A stretch of 64,000 nucleotides of DNA from Antedon mediterranea (Eukaryota; Animalia; Echinodermata), in the NCBI RefSeq assembly GCF_964355755.1, contig NC_092675.1:26012912-26076911 (forward strand). Direction: 5' to 3'. How positions within the stretch are numbered: position 1 is the first letter of the stretch; every line of letters begins with the position of its first letter. Positions 48,201 through 60,727 of this stretch are shown here, piece after piece. The position numbers and the translations under genes are program-made. The notes under the pieces are model-generated. The model was given only the letters and a program-made list of their open reading frames with translations, did no database searches and was not told the origin of the DNA.

Positions 48201-51200
48201 AATCTTCCAACTTTATTAACAAATACATTTACATTATGCTTACTATCGCAAAGAAACCCTCTAATTACAGTATCGTCAGCGTATTTTACAATATTGCAAT
48301 CTTTACTTAAAATATTAAAACTACTTGAATAAAAATAGAACAAAATTGGAGAAACACATCCTTAAGGAGCTCCAACACTGATATATTCTTTGTTGGATAG
48401 GATACCATTGCACTTAACCATCTGCGGTCTATTAATCAAAAAACTATATATAACTTTGGCGAGCTGAGGTGGGACATTAAAACTTAATAACCTATCAATT
48501 AAAACATGTGGTAAAATAGTATTAAAAGCACTGGAGAAATCGAAAAAAATAGACCGTACATAATTTCTTTTTGAATCAAGGTGATGATATGTATCATGGA
48601 GATAAGAATTAACAGCATCGTCAACCCCTCTATTTTTCTTGTATGCAAATTGATTCTTATCTGCATTACCAATATTTTCCTTAAGTCTAGAAACAATCAA
48701 CCTAAGCATTTTATTAAATTTGAAGTAATTGCAATTGGTCTAAAATCTTTTGGATATAAACATTCAATAAATAGTTTATTAAAAAACCTAAACGAAAAAG
48801 ATGAGTGTAGCTATTATTGTTAAATGGGAAAATATTACATTAAACACGTTTGTTTTTAAATGTTCTTATTTAATACACAGAATGTGGAGGCAATAAACAT
48901 GGTTGGAATTGTGAAAATTCTTGTACCAGACACACAAGGAACAATGCATGTAAAAACTTTCAGTTCTGCTTACCTGATCCATATGGATGTAGCTGTGTTA
49001 CTGGTTACACAGGGTTGAAATGTGATACAGGTAGGTGTAACCCATTACTAAAATATAATAGGCATATCGTAACTTCGTTTTTAGTTACTTGAAATTTGTA
49101 TTTTATTTTGAATTTTGACCTTATACAATATAAATATATAGATACTTTTATTTACAAACGATGGTCATGAATACATATTTTTTTTTTTAATGATTAACAG
49201 AATGTCCGTTGGGTACATTTGGTGCAGACTGTGCGCAAACTTGTCACTGTAAACAAGGTGGTTGTGTTCGATATACAGGAAGATGCAGTAACTCATCTTG
49301 TGAATTTCCATGGAGGGGAACTAACTGTCAAAGTAAGACCGAATTAAAATGTTTTCCTAATTGATATGGTAAAATATAGTCCATTTGCATTGGCGTAATT
49401 GAACTGTCAAAACAAGGGGTTTAATGATAATTTAATAATAATCAAAATATAACATTTATAAGGTTCTTTTTTTAAATATCGATCGAAAATATTGAGCTAC
49501 ATATAATACAATTATTAAATGTATTCCATGTTGAAAAAGTTAATTCCTAATTCTTTTAGAATGTCAACCTCAATTTTATGGAGAAAATTGTGAAATTGAA
49601 TGTAATAAGCCATGTGAATGTCACAGAGTAACTGGAAGATGCATGGAAGGAACATGCTTTTCAAATTGGCTTGAACCTGATTGTAAAGTTGGTAAGTTCC
49701 TTGTTATGAACACAAAAAAAATCGGTTGCGCAAGCGTGGCGTTTATAACTGAACTGCAGAATCGAATTGAATTAGGCCTCCTCTTTACCGAGCGACATTA
49801 CGTTTTTTCTGAATTTGAATTGTTTCAAACCCATTAATTGTAGAAGAACCAGCAGGGATAGCCAGTTGCTTTAGGTAACTTAGTGGTATAGTATGTATGC
49901 GCGAGAACGTTCTTTTATGTAATGTTAACACGATTAAGAAAAGAACGAAATATAATAACAATAACTAATATTCTATGTATGAGTGATTATAAGGTACAAG
50001 TATACATAACTGTCACATAAATTAATGAGTAGAGTATATATCTCGTTTTCATAAAGATTTCAGTAAGTATAACATACCTAAAAACCATAATTATAAATAA
50101 CGATATTATTTTTATTATCAGAAATAATTGATACCGCATTTGTACCGGCAAATAACAATCAGAACACGACTGCATCATGTTTAGTAAAACATTATAGTAC
50201 AAACAACTTTGCAACAATGATTATGGTGACCAACAAACATTTCACTGAAAACATTACAAAACTGGTAGAAATAGAACAAGATGGTGAGAATATAACAACA
50301 TACACATTTTCTGTGACATCAAATGTTGATTCAACTTACAAATGTGTAATTGTGCATGAAGGATTTTCTGCTCAACGTGAAATCGTTGCTCAAATATTTC
50401 GTAAGTTTAACCAACAAATCTGCATTTACCTGTATTTATAATGTTGTATTTTCCTTGTAAGTATAGAATAATCACAATTCAGATTTAGTTTACACTTAAT
50501 ATGTATATGTGTGTATTTAAATCTCAGCTTATATTGGCTCATAATATCCATGTCGCGTGGAATAAAGTATTTGAAAAGCAATAGATTTGCGTGACCAAGG
50601 CTACTGAAAATAGCCGAAACGTAGCAAGTAAGTACTTGAAAAATGATTTAACAAAAAAGTTAACATTTATTTTTAAATATCCATTTGAAACCTGATGAAA
50701 TTTTTTTACAATAGAGATAGGTATACCACAATATCGTTTTTGTTTTAAAACCTTGTTTAGGGTTACCTTTATATACTGGAAGTATGACGGTACTTACTAT
50801 TTCAAGCTCCTTTATCACCATTGAATGGACGGTATGGAACAGCAATACTGACGATGGAGATGGTCCAGTTGTTGGATACTTTTTATACCACAAACTGAGC
50901 AATACAATTGATTGGAAGAGGACATTATACAATAATTCTTTATCAGGCACTGTTGATGGGTTGATGTGGGATACAGAATACACTTTTGGTGTTTCAGCTT
51001 TAAGACCTGGTGAAGGAGGAGAAGGACCAATTGGAGAAACAACATTCACTGCAAAAACACTTTGCGGAAGTAAGTTTAATCTATTATTATGAATTGTATT
51101 TATTTATTTTAGAGTTTGTAAAAAAAAATTCTGCTATTAGATTTAGATTTAAACATTTCTCAACTTGAATTGTGTAGTTAAGTCATTTACGTGGACCTGA

Positions 51201-54200
51201 TTTAATATTTCACGTAACGGATATGTTGTTTTTCAGGGCCTCCTCCGGTTCAGAACGCAAAACACAGAATGTCAACCTGGGACCCAAACAGTATCCAAGT
51301 AACATGGATAGTACCGGTACGTAAGTTTACAATTAATGATGACATCATGTTCTACTCTTCTAATCTAATGCAACATATTTACAACAAAACCTCAATTCCA
51401 ATTTGTGATAACAGTTCAAAGCAAGTCACACAGTGTTTTCTGCGCAATGTCAGTACAACGCCAAGAATTTATGATTATCATTCGCAATATTGCTTTCACC
51501 ATCAGCTATTTTAAAGCAATGATTGAAATTATTTAAAATTATTAATTAAAATTGGTAAAAATCTCAAGCCCGTAGCCAGGGGAGTTCGTAAGGTTCGAAC
51601 GAACCCCCTTTTTCCTGAAGTGCCCTTTCAAACCAGACTAGCCTAGGCATAGGCCTAGCCCATAGGGTGTCACGAAACCTAAGACCACGAAAGCTAAGAC
51701 CCCCTAAGACCTAAGATCACAAAAGCTAAGACCCAAGACCTAAGATTAATAATTCTAAGATATAATACAGCTTAAAAACAATACTTGTTTATCCATACAT
51801 AATTTTAAACACAGTAGGTTTCATTTATTACCATAAATATAATTTAATACTACCGCAAAACATAGATAAACTCACATTATTTTCGCCCGTTGAGTAAATG
51901 TATATTTTTTTTACAACAAACAAACGGGTTGTTTGTTGGTATATATTTACTCCAATGTGTTGGTTCAGAGGATGTTTTTCTTACGCACCTGCCTTTCTTG
52001 TATTTTGACTCCAAATTTGTTGACTAACTTTATCCTGAATACCACACTTTAAAATTAGGACTTATAAGTACTTTCAGAAGGAGAAACACATAATAACAAA
52101 TAAATAAATCCTTTAAATTTATGATTTTACAGACGTTTCTTTGTATACTGTAATGTAACTCCTCGAGCTCCCCATGCTCAATGTTTTTGTTTCTATGGAG
52201 CGCCAAAAGAGCAACAATAATAGTACAAGTATAAAAACAGAAAGAAAACGAAACAAAAAAACTTATCATGATTTTTAAGTTAAAATTTATTTGCCAGTAT
52301 TTATTTCTTCGTACTTGCATGATTATACTATTATCATTACAATTTTAATTTTACATTGTTCCATCCACACTGTAGATGGATAGAGTTTTCAGCCCTCTAT
52401 ATAATTTTTGATCTTTTGACGTTCCATAGAAACAAAAACATTGAGCATGGGGAGCTCGAGGAGTTACATTACAGTATACTGCTACTAGTGTACTATAGGC
52501 TAGTCATTTTGTGTGCGAGAAAACGTCTGTAAAATCATCAATTTAAAAATGTATTTGTTACTTTTTATGTGATTCTTTTTCATGAAAGTGCCAATTCTAA
52601 GGTGTGGTATTCAGAATAAATGTTGGGAGTTAAAATACAAGGCAGGTGCGAAAGATAAATATTTGTAATCTTAGGTCTTGGGTCTTAGCTTTCGTGATCT
52701 TAGGTCTTAGGGGGTCTTAGCTTTCGTGGTCTTAGTTTTCGTGACACCCCTAGCCGGTATGATGATTTTTTTTTGCATTTTCTGTAGTATAGCCAGCAGG
52801 CAAATGTTACTTTTATTACTAAATAGCAAGATCGTATCATAAAATAGCTAGGCTAGTAATCCCGCCGTTTCCAGTGTATTTTCAATTTTCAATTTATTTT
52901 ACAAAGAAAATTCGTGATTTTACATCATTTGCCGTCTCTTACTTTAGTATTAGCCCCGCAAAAAAACTTAGTTCATTTTAGTTACACTGCGCACGTGTTG
53001 CTTTTCGTAGGGGACGTTCGCCACTTGTGGTGTGTGGTTATTCTAGGCCTGCTTACATAGGGAGTTCTAATTAAGAACTCCTTGCTTCATCACTTGATCC
53101 TTCTTGCGTAGTTATAGGTCTCCTCTTTGTGACCATCACTCTTTTTACACAATAAAAGGAAATTTCCGAAAGCGATCAGTCCGTCATTTTTACGGATCGC
53201 CTGCGCGATCGCGCTCCTCAAACCAGCAATTAACGTCGCTAAACCAAATGGTGTCTTTTATTAAACAAATCAATTTTTATGTAAAAAAATATTGTTAATA
53301 AAAAAACAATATTTAATAGTAGGCCTAAATAATGTGTAATGGAGAAAGAGATTCTTCACTTCTGTCTTTGATGATTCTTTTCCCCGAAAAATGTCAACCA
53401 TTTTGGTTACTAAAATACAGTGGAAAAACATGTGCTGTCATCTTTCCAGCTGCTGCTCTTCTAGTATAGCCAAAGAATATGGTATAGCCATAGCGTGTGT
53501 GGCAGCCCTTTGTAAACACAGCCAATTGACAATCAAATAACCCCTTTTAAGGCACAATATTAACTTTAAAATGATTGTATTTTATTATAAATATTTTGTT
53601 GACTATTTTGCTATATTTTGTTATATTTGTACTGTATTAGTCAAATACATGTAAATAACTCCACATTTTCTGTCCGATTTTTTAGGCCTAGCTAGGTTAT
53701 CCCCTACCTACTTTAGCTAGCCCAGCCAGGTCAAGTAGACCTAGTTGTCCAATGACTCCCAGCCAAGTTAGGCCATGGCCTTATCTCTTGTTTTATACTG
53801 TTGGACTGTATCCTGCAGCCCCCGGGTGGGGGTTGGGGGTCATTATTTCCTCGAAAACACAAGGAGACGTGATGGACTGAAACATGCCGCAGGTGTGTGT
53901 AGGGCACAGTCATGTCGGACAGCAACAGTTTGGTATGGTGCCGCGGTGCGGTGTACAGTATCAGGCATATTTTCTACCAAACATCCTGATATTTTCAATA
54001 ACACTAATTTCCAAGCATCTAGCGCAGGGGCGGACCCAGGGGTGTTGCCTTAGTGGCCCGGGCAACACCCTAATTTCATACTAAATGTTGTTTCTGCCAC
54101 TAAATTAAAATTGAGTCCCATTTCTTCGTATACAATATCCATATTCATACGTTATAGAAGTCCAGTCTGAAAGAGAATATTTGTAAATTGGCACAGCAGT

Positions 54201-57200
54201 CACCAATAGGCCTACTATACCGCGCACAGATAAAAGTAGATAAGTTTCTGAGCATACGCAGAACAAATTTCTGATTGACTAGTTTCTTGTGGTGCGCGCG
54301 TCAGAGAGCAGGGAGATGTATCCCTCTCTTGATGAGAGGTACGAAAGGAAGCCAACACACACTGTGTTCGGGAAAAAACCCGTCATATGGGTCGTCAATT
54401 TGTTCATAATTATTGCCATAATTTAAGGCCAAATCATAGTTTTGCGTATAGTATTATTTTTCCGTGTAGTACCCAGTTTATCTTCATTTCCGTATACGTC
54501 CGTAATATTAGGCCGAATTTCAGAATTAACAGAGAATTATACCGCATCGGTAGCTGAGCAAACTCGGAACTTGATAGACTTAGTCATAAATTAGTTACAG
54601 AGTTTTACGGCATTTTATCATTGTTCAATGTTTTGTTGTTAGCTTATTGTTAAAATTGGTAAAAGAAGTAAGTCTGGCGCCAACAAATTTAGCGACCTTC
54701 ACAACCAAAATATTTCTTTGTAACAAAAATTATTTTAAATGGAACGCTACAAAAACAATCCTCTGCTTCATCATTGCATAAATACCAGACAAGATCTTAT
54801 CTTTGTTACGTTTTACATCAATCCATTTTGATATCACGCAATCCATTTTTCAACAATATAGTAGTATAATAATAACATTTTGATTGAATAGTGAGGGATT
54901 AGTTACAGTGTTGACCTTAAATAAACCATTGGTAATTTACTGAAAATCCAAAATGAACTTGTGTTATATAATACAAGCAATAAAAACTATCACAGATTAC
55001 CTCTAATAGATCAAGCATTCACATACGAACTTTTCGACAAAACATAGCTTATATTCATTCCTTTTAAATATTAGGCATATTACCAAGGCTGATAATCGAT
55101 TTGTCCATAATAATTATTGCGTTTTGCCGGGGGGTTTCCATAATCTAAGGCCAATTTTTAGGCCAAATCATAATTGTGCGTATAGTTTTTTCCGATGCGC
55201 GTAGTATCCTATTTATCTTAAAATGATTAATTGCTAATAAATTTACAATAATTGAGTACAGTTATTAGAATGTAATACCGTACCAGAAGTACCTTCATCG
55301 GGAACTTCCCCGTGACGTTCGCATTGAACGAAAACAAAAATGTTATCCTATAGGCCTATTGTTAGTCGCGTATGTTTTATTACCGGTGTCGAATAACATT
55401 ATGCTACGATCCCGTGTTTGTTAGCGCACTATAGAGTGAGTGACATTTCCGTCGAACTAGAGGTGCAATTTATTATGAATTTTACGTGCGAGAGTACCAT
55501 GTAGGGGTGTCATTTAACAATTTTCTTGCTCAAATACTCATTGTCTACAGCACTGGAGTCTTTGGGCAATCCTCTTAAAATAGTCCTGCGAGTCTGCGAC
55601 CGCCCCTGTAGCGCTCTATCTTTTCCAATTTTTCTTACCTCAGCCCCAACCATGATGAGGCCAAAGAAGATCCTGGGGCAGGAAACTCTTAAGAGAAGGG
55701 GTGCTCTTGCGGCTGGTAACCAATATCATTGGTGGTTTGATCGTTTGATATTAAATCATATAAGCTGGTTACACCGGGGGTAATTCCCATAAGAGGGGCC
55801 TTTTGGGAAAAAAGAACCCCCCTGTAAAAATCATGGCCGGCTACGGGCTTGAATCTAGCCATGTAAAACATCTTTTAAATCAAAACTAGTATTCATTTTA
55901 ATCATAATGATCTTGCACTATTGATTGATTTTGAAGGACAATTTAGACGTTGATTTACTAAAATGTTACAATACCAATTCGGGTATGTACACAGTTTATT
56001 TCAAAACGATTGACATCAAAGAATGCAGTGAGAAGGTTTACCATACCAATGCTAGTCAACTTACTATCGAAAATATTACAGTAGATGACCCTTATCTCAT
56101 CTTGGTCAGTCTATCAAATAAAGACAGCGAGAGTGAATTAGTTAGAAGTTCAAATGATATAGAAAACGGTAGGTATACTGCGTCAATAATACATTTCGTA
56201 AAGTATTGTACCTTCATCAAAGAGATAACAAATTAGGCCTATTGTATTGTTTACATTATTTGTTATGACGGTAAAGATTGAGAGACAAAATCAAAAGAAA
56301 CCGATCAGAAATTGCCACCAATGTCATCGTTAAATAAATTAAGTCTTAATATTTATGCAAATTTCAATTTCGAATATTTTTAAGAATGTATGCCTACAAA
56401 TAGATCAAATTCTGGTAGCATCATTGGTGGTTCTGTGGCAGGCGGCATTTGTGCTGGTTTTATCACCTTCATCATAATATCAATTTGGTAAGTTAACAAG
56501 GCCAACAGCCATTAAGTCGCGTGCTACAATGCATAGTGATACCGGACCGACAGACAGACCGACAGACCGACAGACAGACAGACCAACAGACAGACCGACA
56601 GACCGACCGACCGACATAGTGAACTATAGAGTCGCTTCCACGCGACTAAAAATATAGTCCCAATTTTGAAACAAAATAGAATATCGACACGTTGTTTTGC
56701 AATGACATTTTACAACCATAGTCAAATACGATAGGCCTACCTTAAAACTATACTTATTTATTATTAGTATTTTTCATTATTACAGTTGTGTTTTTCTTTA
56801 AGCCCACAAAAAATACGGAAATATGTTAGTAAATCTGACGGTGAGGAAAGCAATATTTATCAGGAATACGCAGCAGCTAGTAATAATTCAGAATATTCAT
56901 CATGGTAATTATGAGTTTCTATTCTTGTTGCCAACTAATATTGACACCTCCTATATTTAGGCCTAATTATCACATCACATTAGGTTTAATCATTGCATTC
57001 ATTTGTTATTGTGTTTAGTATTCAGTCGGTGATTATAACATTAGAAATGTTTCGAGTAGTCAATGTAGTGCAACTTGACTAATTTAGCAACAGACATCGC
57101 GCAAATCTGCTGTTAGTTGTGTGCTGTCCTTACTGTTCTGGTTGTATCTGTACTAATCTTGTAATTTTTAAATGATAAGTTGTTATACTATTGGTGCTAC

Positions 57201-57764
57201 ATTTTATTTAAGTATTATTGTTATGATATTATGATGCCCGTTGAAATCAATACTGAGGTCTATAACATTATATTTTGTGTTTGTCTAGTAACCCAAAAAT
57301 AGTGACAAGTTTTAACAATGATGATTCAACTGATCAACACGTGTATCAGAATTGTGCAAGTTACAATTCTTCACCAGAGTGAGTATGGCATTCAAGATTT
57401 AATCATTAAGTACATTTGACAATAAAACAAAGGTTTATTTTCATATTTATAATAAATAAAGGAATAATGGCTACATAAATGTATACTGTTAATACAATAT
57501 TAAGAAGGCTTTTTTTCCTTGTAGACATGTACAAAGGTGGTGAGCAGTTACATACATCTCTCACTACTACTATAACATTTTAATGTATTTTCTATTTTTA
57601 TAATTCATTAAAAACGTTATTTTAACTCGAAAATTCGATGGAATCATTCATGATTGAAAGATATGTGTATATTTTATATTTCAAGCAATTATGAAAATCC
57701 AGACATTGTTAAAATGCCTGAAAATCAACCATATGAGATTGTAAACTTGTTCAAGTTAAAGTAA
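44964..57764 (+). CDS. Tie-like kinase-less receptor B, ~806 aa (SP-Ig-Ig-EGFx4-Ig-FN3x2-TM-Tyr tail); exons 44964-45012, 45438-45719, 45922-46173, 46555-46689, 48881-49030, 49201-49332, 49560-49691, 50122-50400, 50761-51069, 51237-51316, 55937-56168, 56385-56487, 56803-56904, 57289-57378, 57525-57539, 57686-57764
   Basis: Exon-by-exon paralogy with A and a phase-consistent 2421-nt model. TM is IIGGSVAGGICAGFITFIIISI. The last two exons and the 51316 donor are less certain. Confidence 0.8.
45187..45235. repeat. (CT)n microsatellite
   Basis: About 24 perfect CT units. Confidence 0.97.
46767..47366. mobile_element. Kolobok-like MITE
   Basis: TTAA TSD, AG...CT ends and short imperfect TIRs. 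A second, inverted copy lies at 62265. Confidence 0.8.
47419..48760 (-). mobile_element. Decayed LINE (Rex1/Babar-like RT)
   Basis: QFAYKKNRGVDDA, FFDFSSAFNTI and VKYADDTV in broken frames; (CTTGAAT)n tail after AATAAA. Confidence 0.88.
51665..52749. mobile_element. Complete MULE-type MITE
   Basis: ~85-bp TIRs GGGTGTCACGAAA...; 10-bp flanks CTAGCCCATA and CTAGCCGGTA (8/10 match). Confidence 0.85.
54025..55608. mobile_element. Nested hAT-like element with 5-bp TSD (TAGCG)
   Basis: TAGCG|CAGGGGCGG...CCGCCCCTG|TAGCG. Confidence 0.78.
56496..56652 (-). mobile_element. Short DINE-1/HINE-like element with (GACA/GACC)n microsatellite
   Basis: The minus strand reads TTTTAGTCGCGTG...(GTCK)n...CACGCGACTT, then a short hairpin. 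Confidence 0.7.
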
Positions 57765-59503
57765 ATTGTCATCGATTACGAAAGCGAAAGATGCAACCAA
57801 CATTTGGTTAATGAGAAGACTTTCAACAGTACGGAAATCGTTAACAAAGAATTGATTCAATGATGCTTGACCCACAAATATTGCATAAACAAAATAGAGT
57901 ACCGACGGTACCGTATATCTGTATTAGCACATTTTAAACATTATTAGTAATTAAACATTGTTCAAATGGTTGTATGTAAATATGTTACCTTTGTGAATAT
58001 GTAAATTTCTATTTGATAATTCAAAAGTTATTGTCAAATAATAATTGTGGTCATTGTTACAGTAACACGGCACATACACCAGAAGAAAAGACCAACAATT
58101 ATAAATCAAACCTTAAAACTGATTAGATTATATTATGATTTGATAAATGTTATTAGGCCTAATGTAAAACTGCTGAAGTTGATTTTAGCATGTTCGTTTT
58201 ATTTTATGCTTTTCAGCTTTTATTTTAGTAATTCAGTATAAAAATAAATAACAAATGAATAAAAAAAAGTAACTTGTTTTATTTTTACTAATTGTATATC
58301 TCGATCTTGTGGAAATTTGTAATCGAACACGTTATCTGTACTTTGATGTACTTATACTATCCAATTGTTATAGGATATACACATGGTAGGCCTAATGGTA
58401 GGCCTAATTAGGTTCCGTTATTATTACAAACTGGAAAATTTTCTTTTTTGTTGAACCAAAAAGTGTAAATAATTTAGTGACGTGTCAACTAAACTTCACT
58501 ATGGTATTTATACTTATTGTGTTTGTCTGTTGGTTTAACAAATAAAGAAAACTTTCCAGTTTGTATTGAATTCATAGTTATGAATTTATTTAATAGTTAG
58601 GTTATTATTGGAACGGATTGTTAGTACATAATTACGAATTTCTTGAAACTCGTATAAAATCACTTTCCAACTTGATTTGAAGGCTCTATTATTTATACAT
58701 TTAAATGACGATTGAAAACTCTTATTTATACATTTAGATTATGAAGTTGTTGAAATAGAAAAGACCCCAAATGATGGCTTATTACTATGTTTTCATTTAA
58801 ATAATGTACACACCTATATATTATACTGTACAATGCCATTGTTGAACAAATAAATGTTTTTTGAACTTGAACTTGAAAAATAGCAAACAGCAATAGTAAT
58901 AATACCCTTTTCACAGTTCACTACCTCAACTAGTTCAATTTCACGTTATTTTGTTTCTGTTGTTTACTAAGTTAGCTCCAGTCAAATTAACACAATGTGA
59001 TTGAACAGCATCGATGAAAGTATTGATATTACAAGTTTACTTCCTTATACCGTTTTAGTTAAGGCATACGATATATTAGCAGCATTTCTATTTGAAGTAC
59101 CTATCTTATGTAAGTATTCATAACTTTATTTAAGTAAGTCAAAATAGAATAATAATTTTTAAATAATTGTGATTTAGATAACTTGACTCTTCCTTTTTAT
59201 TCTAGGCCTAATTTAAAATGACAAATCAAGAGTGACACTCAACAGGTTGAAACTGATTTTTAGGACAGAACCATTATCTTAAATTACGCAATAATATGTT
59301 TAGTTTGTTTTATCTATAGATTGTTTAATATGTTTAAATATTTTTGTTATACAATCAGTAAAAAAGATGTGAAATAATTTTTTATTTTGTTGAACCATGT
59401 TTTGTTACTTATTTTTATATACGAAGAAAATGATGTTTAGTTTAGGCCTATTTAGGCCTACCGAGCTTAGCAGGATTTACACGTTATTAGACACAAGTAC
59501 TAC

Positions 59504-60554
59504 CAGGGCCGTAGCCAGGATCTGTCAAGGGGGGTTCGGACACTAAATATTTGGGTCACCCCCCCCTGGGGGTGGGGCCTGATGCGAGGCGAATTTTGTT
59601 AAATGACACCCCTAGATGGCCGGAAAAGACACTCTCGTACAGCATGCTACCAATGAGCAAAAAGATCGTACTTTTTTCCTCCTTCTCAAACACGTCGATA
59701 ATTTAAAGGACGATAACTATTTGTTGCCGTATGTTAGATGCGCGTGCTCTGTGCGGAACCGCCGATTGTTTGATCATTTACTCCGTATTTTGTTTTGCGT
59801 TCAAGTTCAATGCGAACGTACATCTAGGAGCAGCCCCGAAAAAAGCACACTGGTTGAAGGCAAATGCTATTTGCTAGCTCTATCTATAATATTTATTTAC
59901 AGCAATTTGTTGAGGAATATAAATATTTAAATAGGTGATATTGATACATTTTAGTACGTATCGGCTGGTGGTCTAGAAAAAAAAAATCGGATGCCATAAT
60001 GTGAACTACAGTACTTGATACCATAGATATTATAGTGTAAAATATTAATATTCACTATAATCCTCTATGATACATTATACTTCATAGTCACACATAAATA
60101 CTGAAAGTGTACGTCGGAAGGCTACTTTATGCATGCTGCCTGACTGCCAGTGATCTAAACAATAATATTATAGGTACGCAGTTGTCTGGCGGTGTCCTTT
60201 GTACGAATCGTTCGTGCCCCAGTTCGCTATGAGACGCGTCAATATCATGTTACATGCAGGGACCAAACATTTATTTTTCAGGTTAAATCGGCAATTCATT
60301 TGCAGCTTTTAGAAATTTATAGACACGTATCACTAGTTGACGCTCATACAGAGAAGAAGGTTCACGAACAAGTTTACGAATTTTTCAATTTACAAACAAC
60401 TTTTTGTACTGTGGGGCACGTATTTGGAGGATTTTTGGAGATGAGGGTGAGGTATTGGGCATGTCGGAGATGGGGGTTCGCAGTCGGTTAAGGGGGTTCG
60501 ATGTAAAGGGGGGGTTCGCCCGAACCATAAAAACCCCCCCTGGCTACGGGCCTG
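59504..60554. mobile_element. hAT-like MITE with 5-bp TSD (ACTAC)
   Basis: ACTAC|CAGGGCCGTAGCCAGG...CCTGGCTACGGGCCTG|ACTAC. Confidence 0.85.
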
Positions 60555-60727
60555 ACTACTAACAGGTCTGTTCTGATTTTTAAAGTTGTGTGCTCTGCAT
60601 TTTATTCGAATTATTGAAATAAAAAAGCAGTGATATATCGATGACGCTGATAGTCAACATAACATTGTTTTTTTTTCATTACGAACATTTATTTAGAAAA
60701 TAGCTAAATGTATACTTTTATTTTAGT

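Larger units (their letters stand above)
51565..55851. mobile_element. hAT-like non-autonomous element with 5-bp TSD (AATCT), hosting nested insertions
   Basis: AATCT|CAAGCCCGTAGCC...GGCTACGGGCTTG|AATCT. Confidence 0.8.

Noticed and set aside
53104-55871. Short GC-richer ORFs inside the nested hAT-like elements (also 59616-60491)
   Set aside because: No transposase or other motifs; consistent with chance ORFs in non-autonomous elements.
56404-56487. Apparent frameshift in the TM exon of receptor B
   Set aside because: Using the upstream acceptor at 56385 restores the frame.
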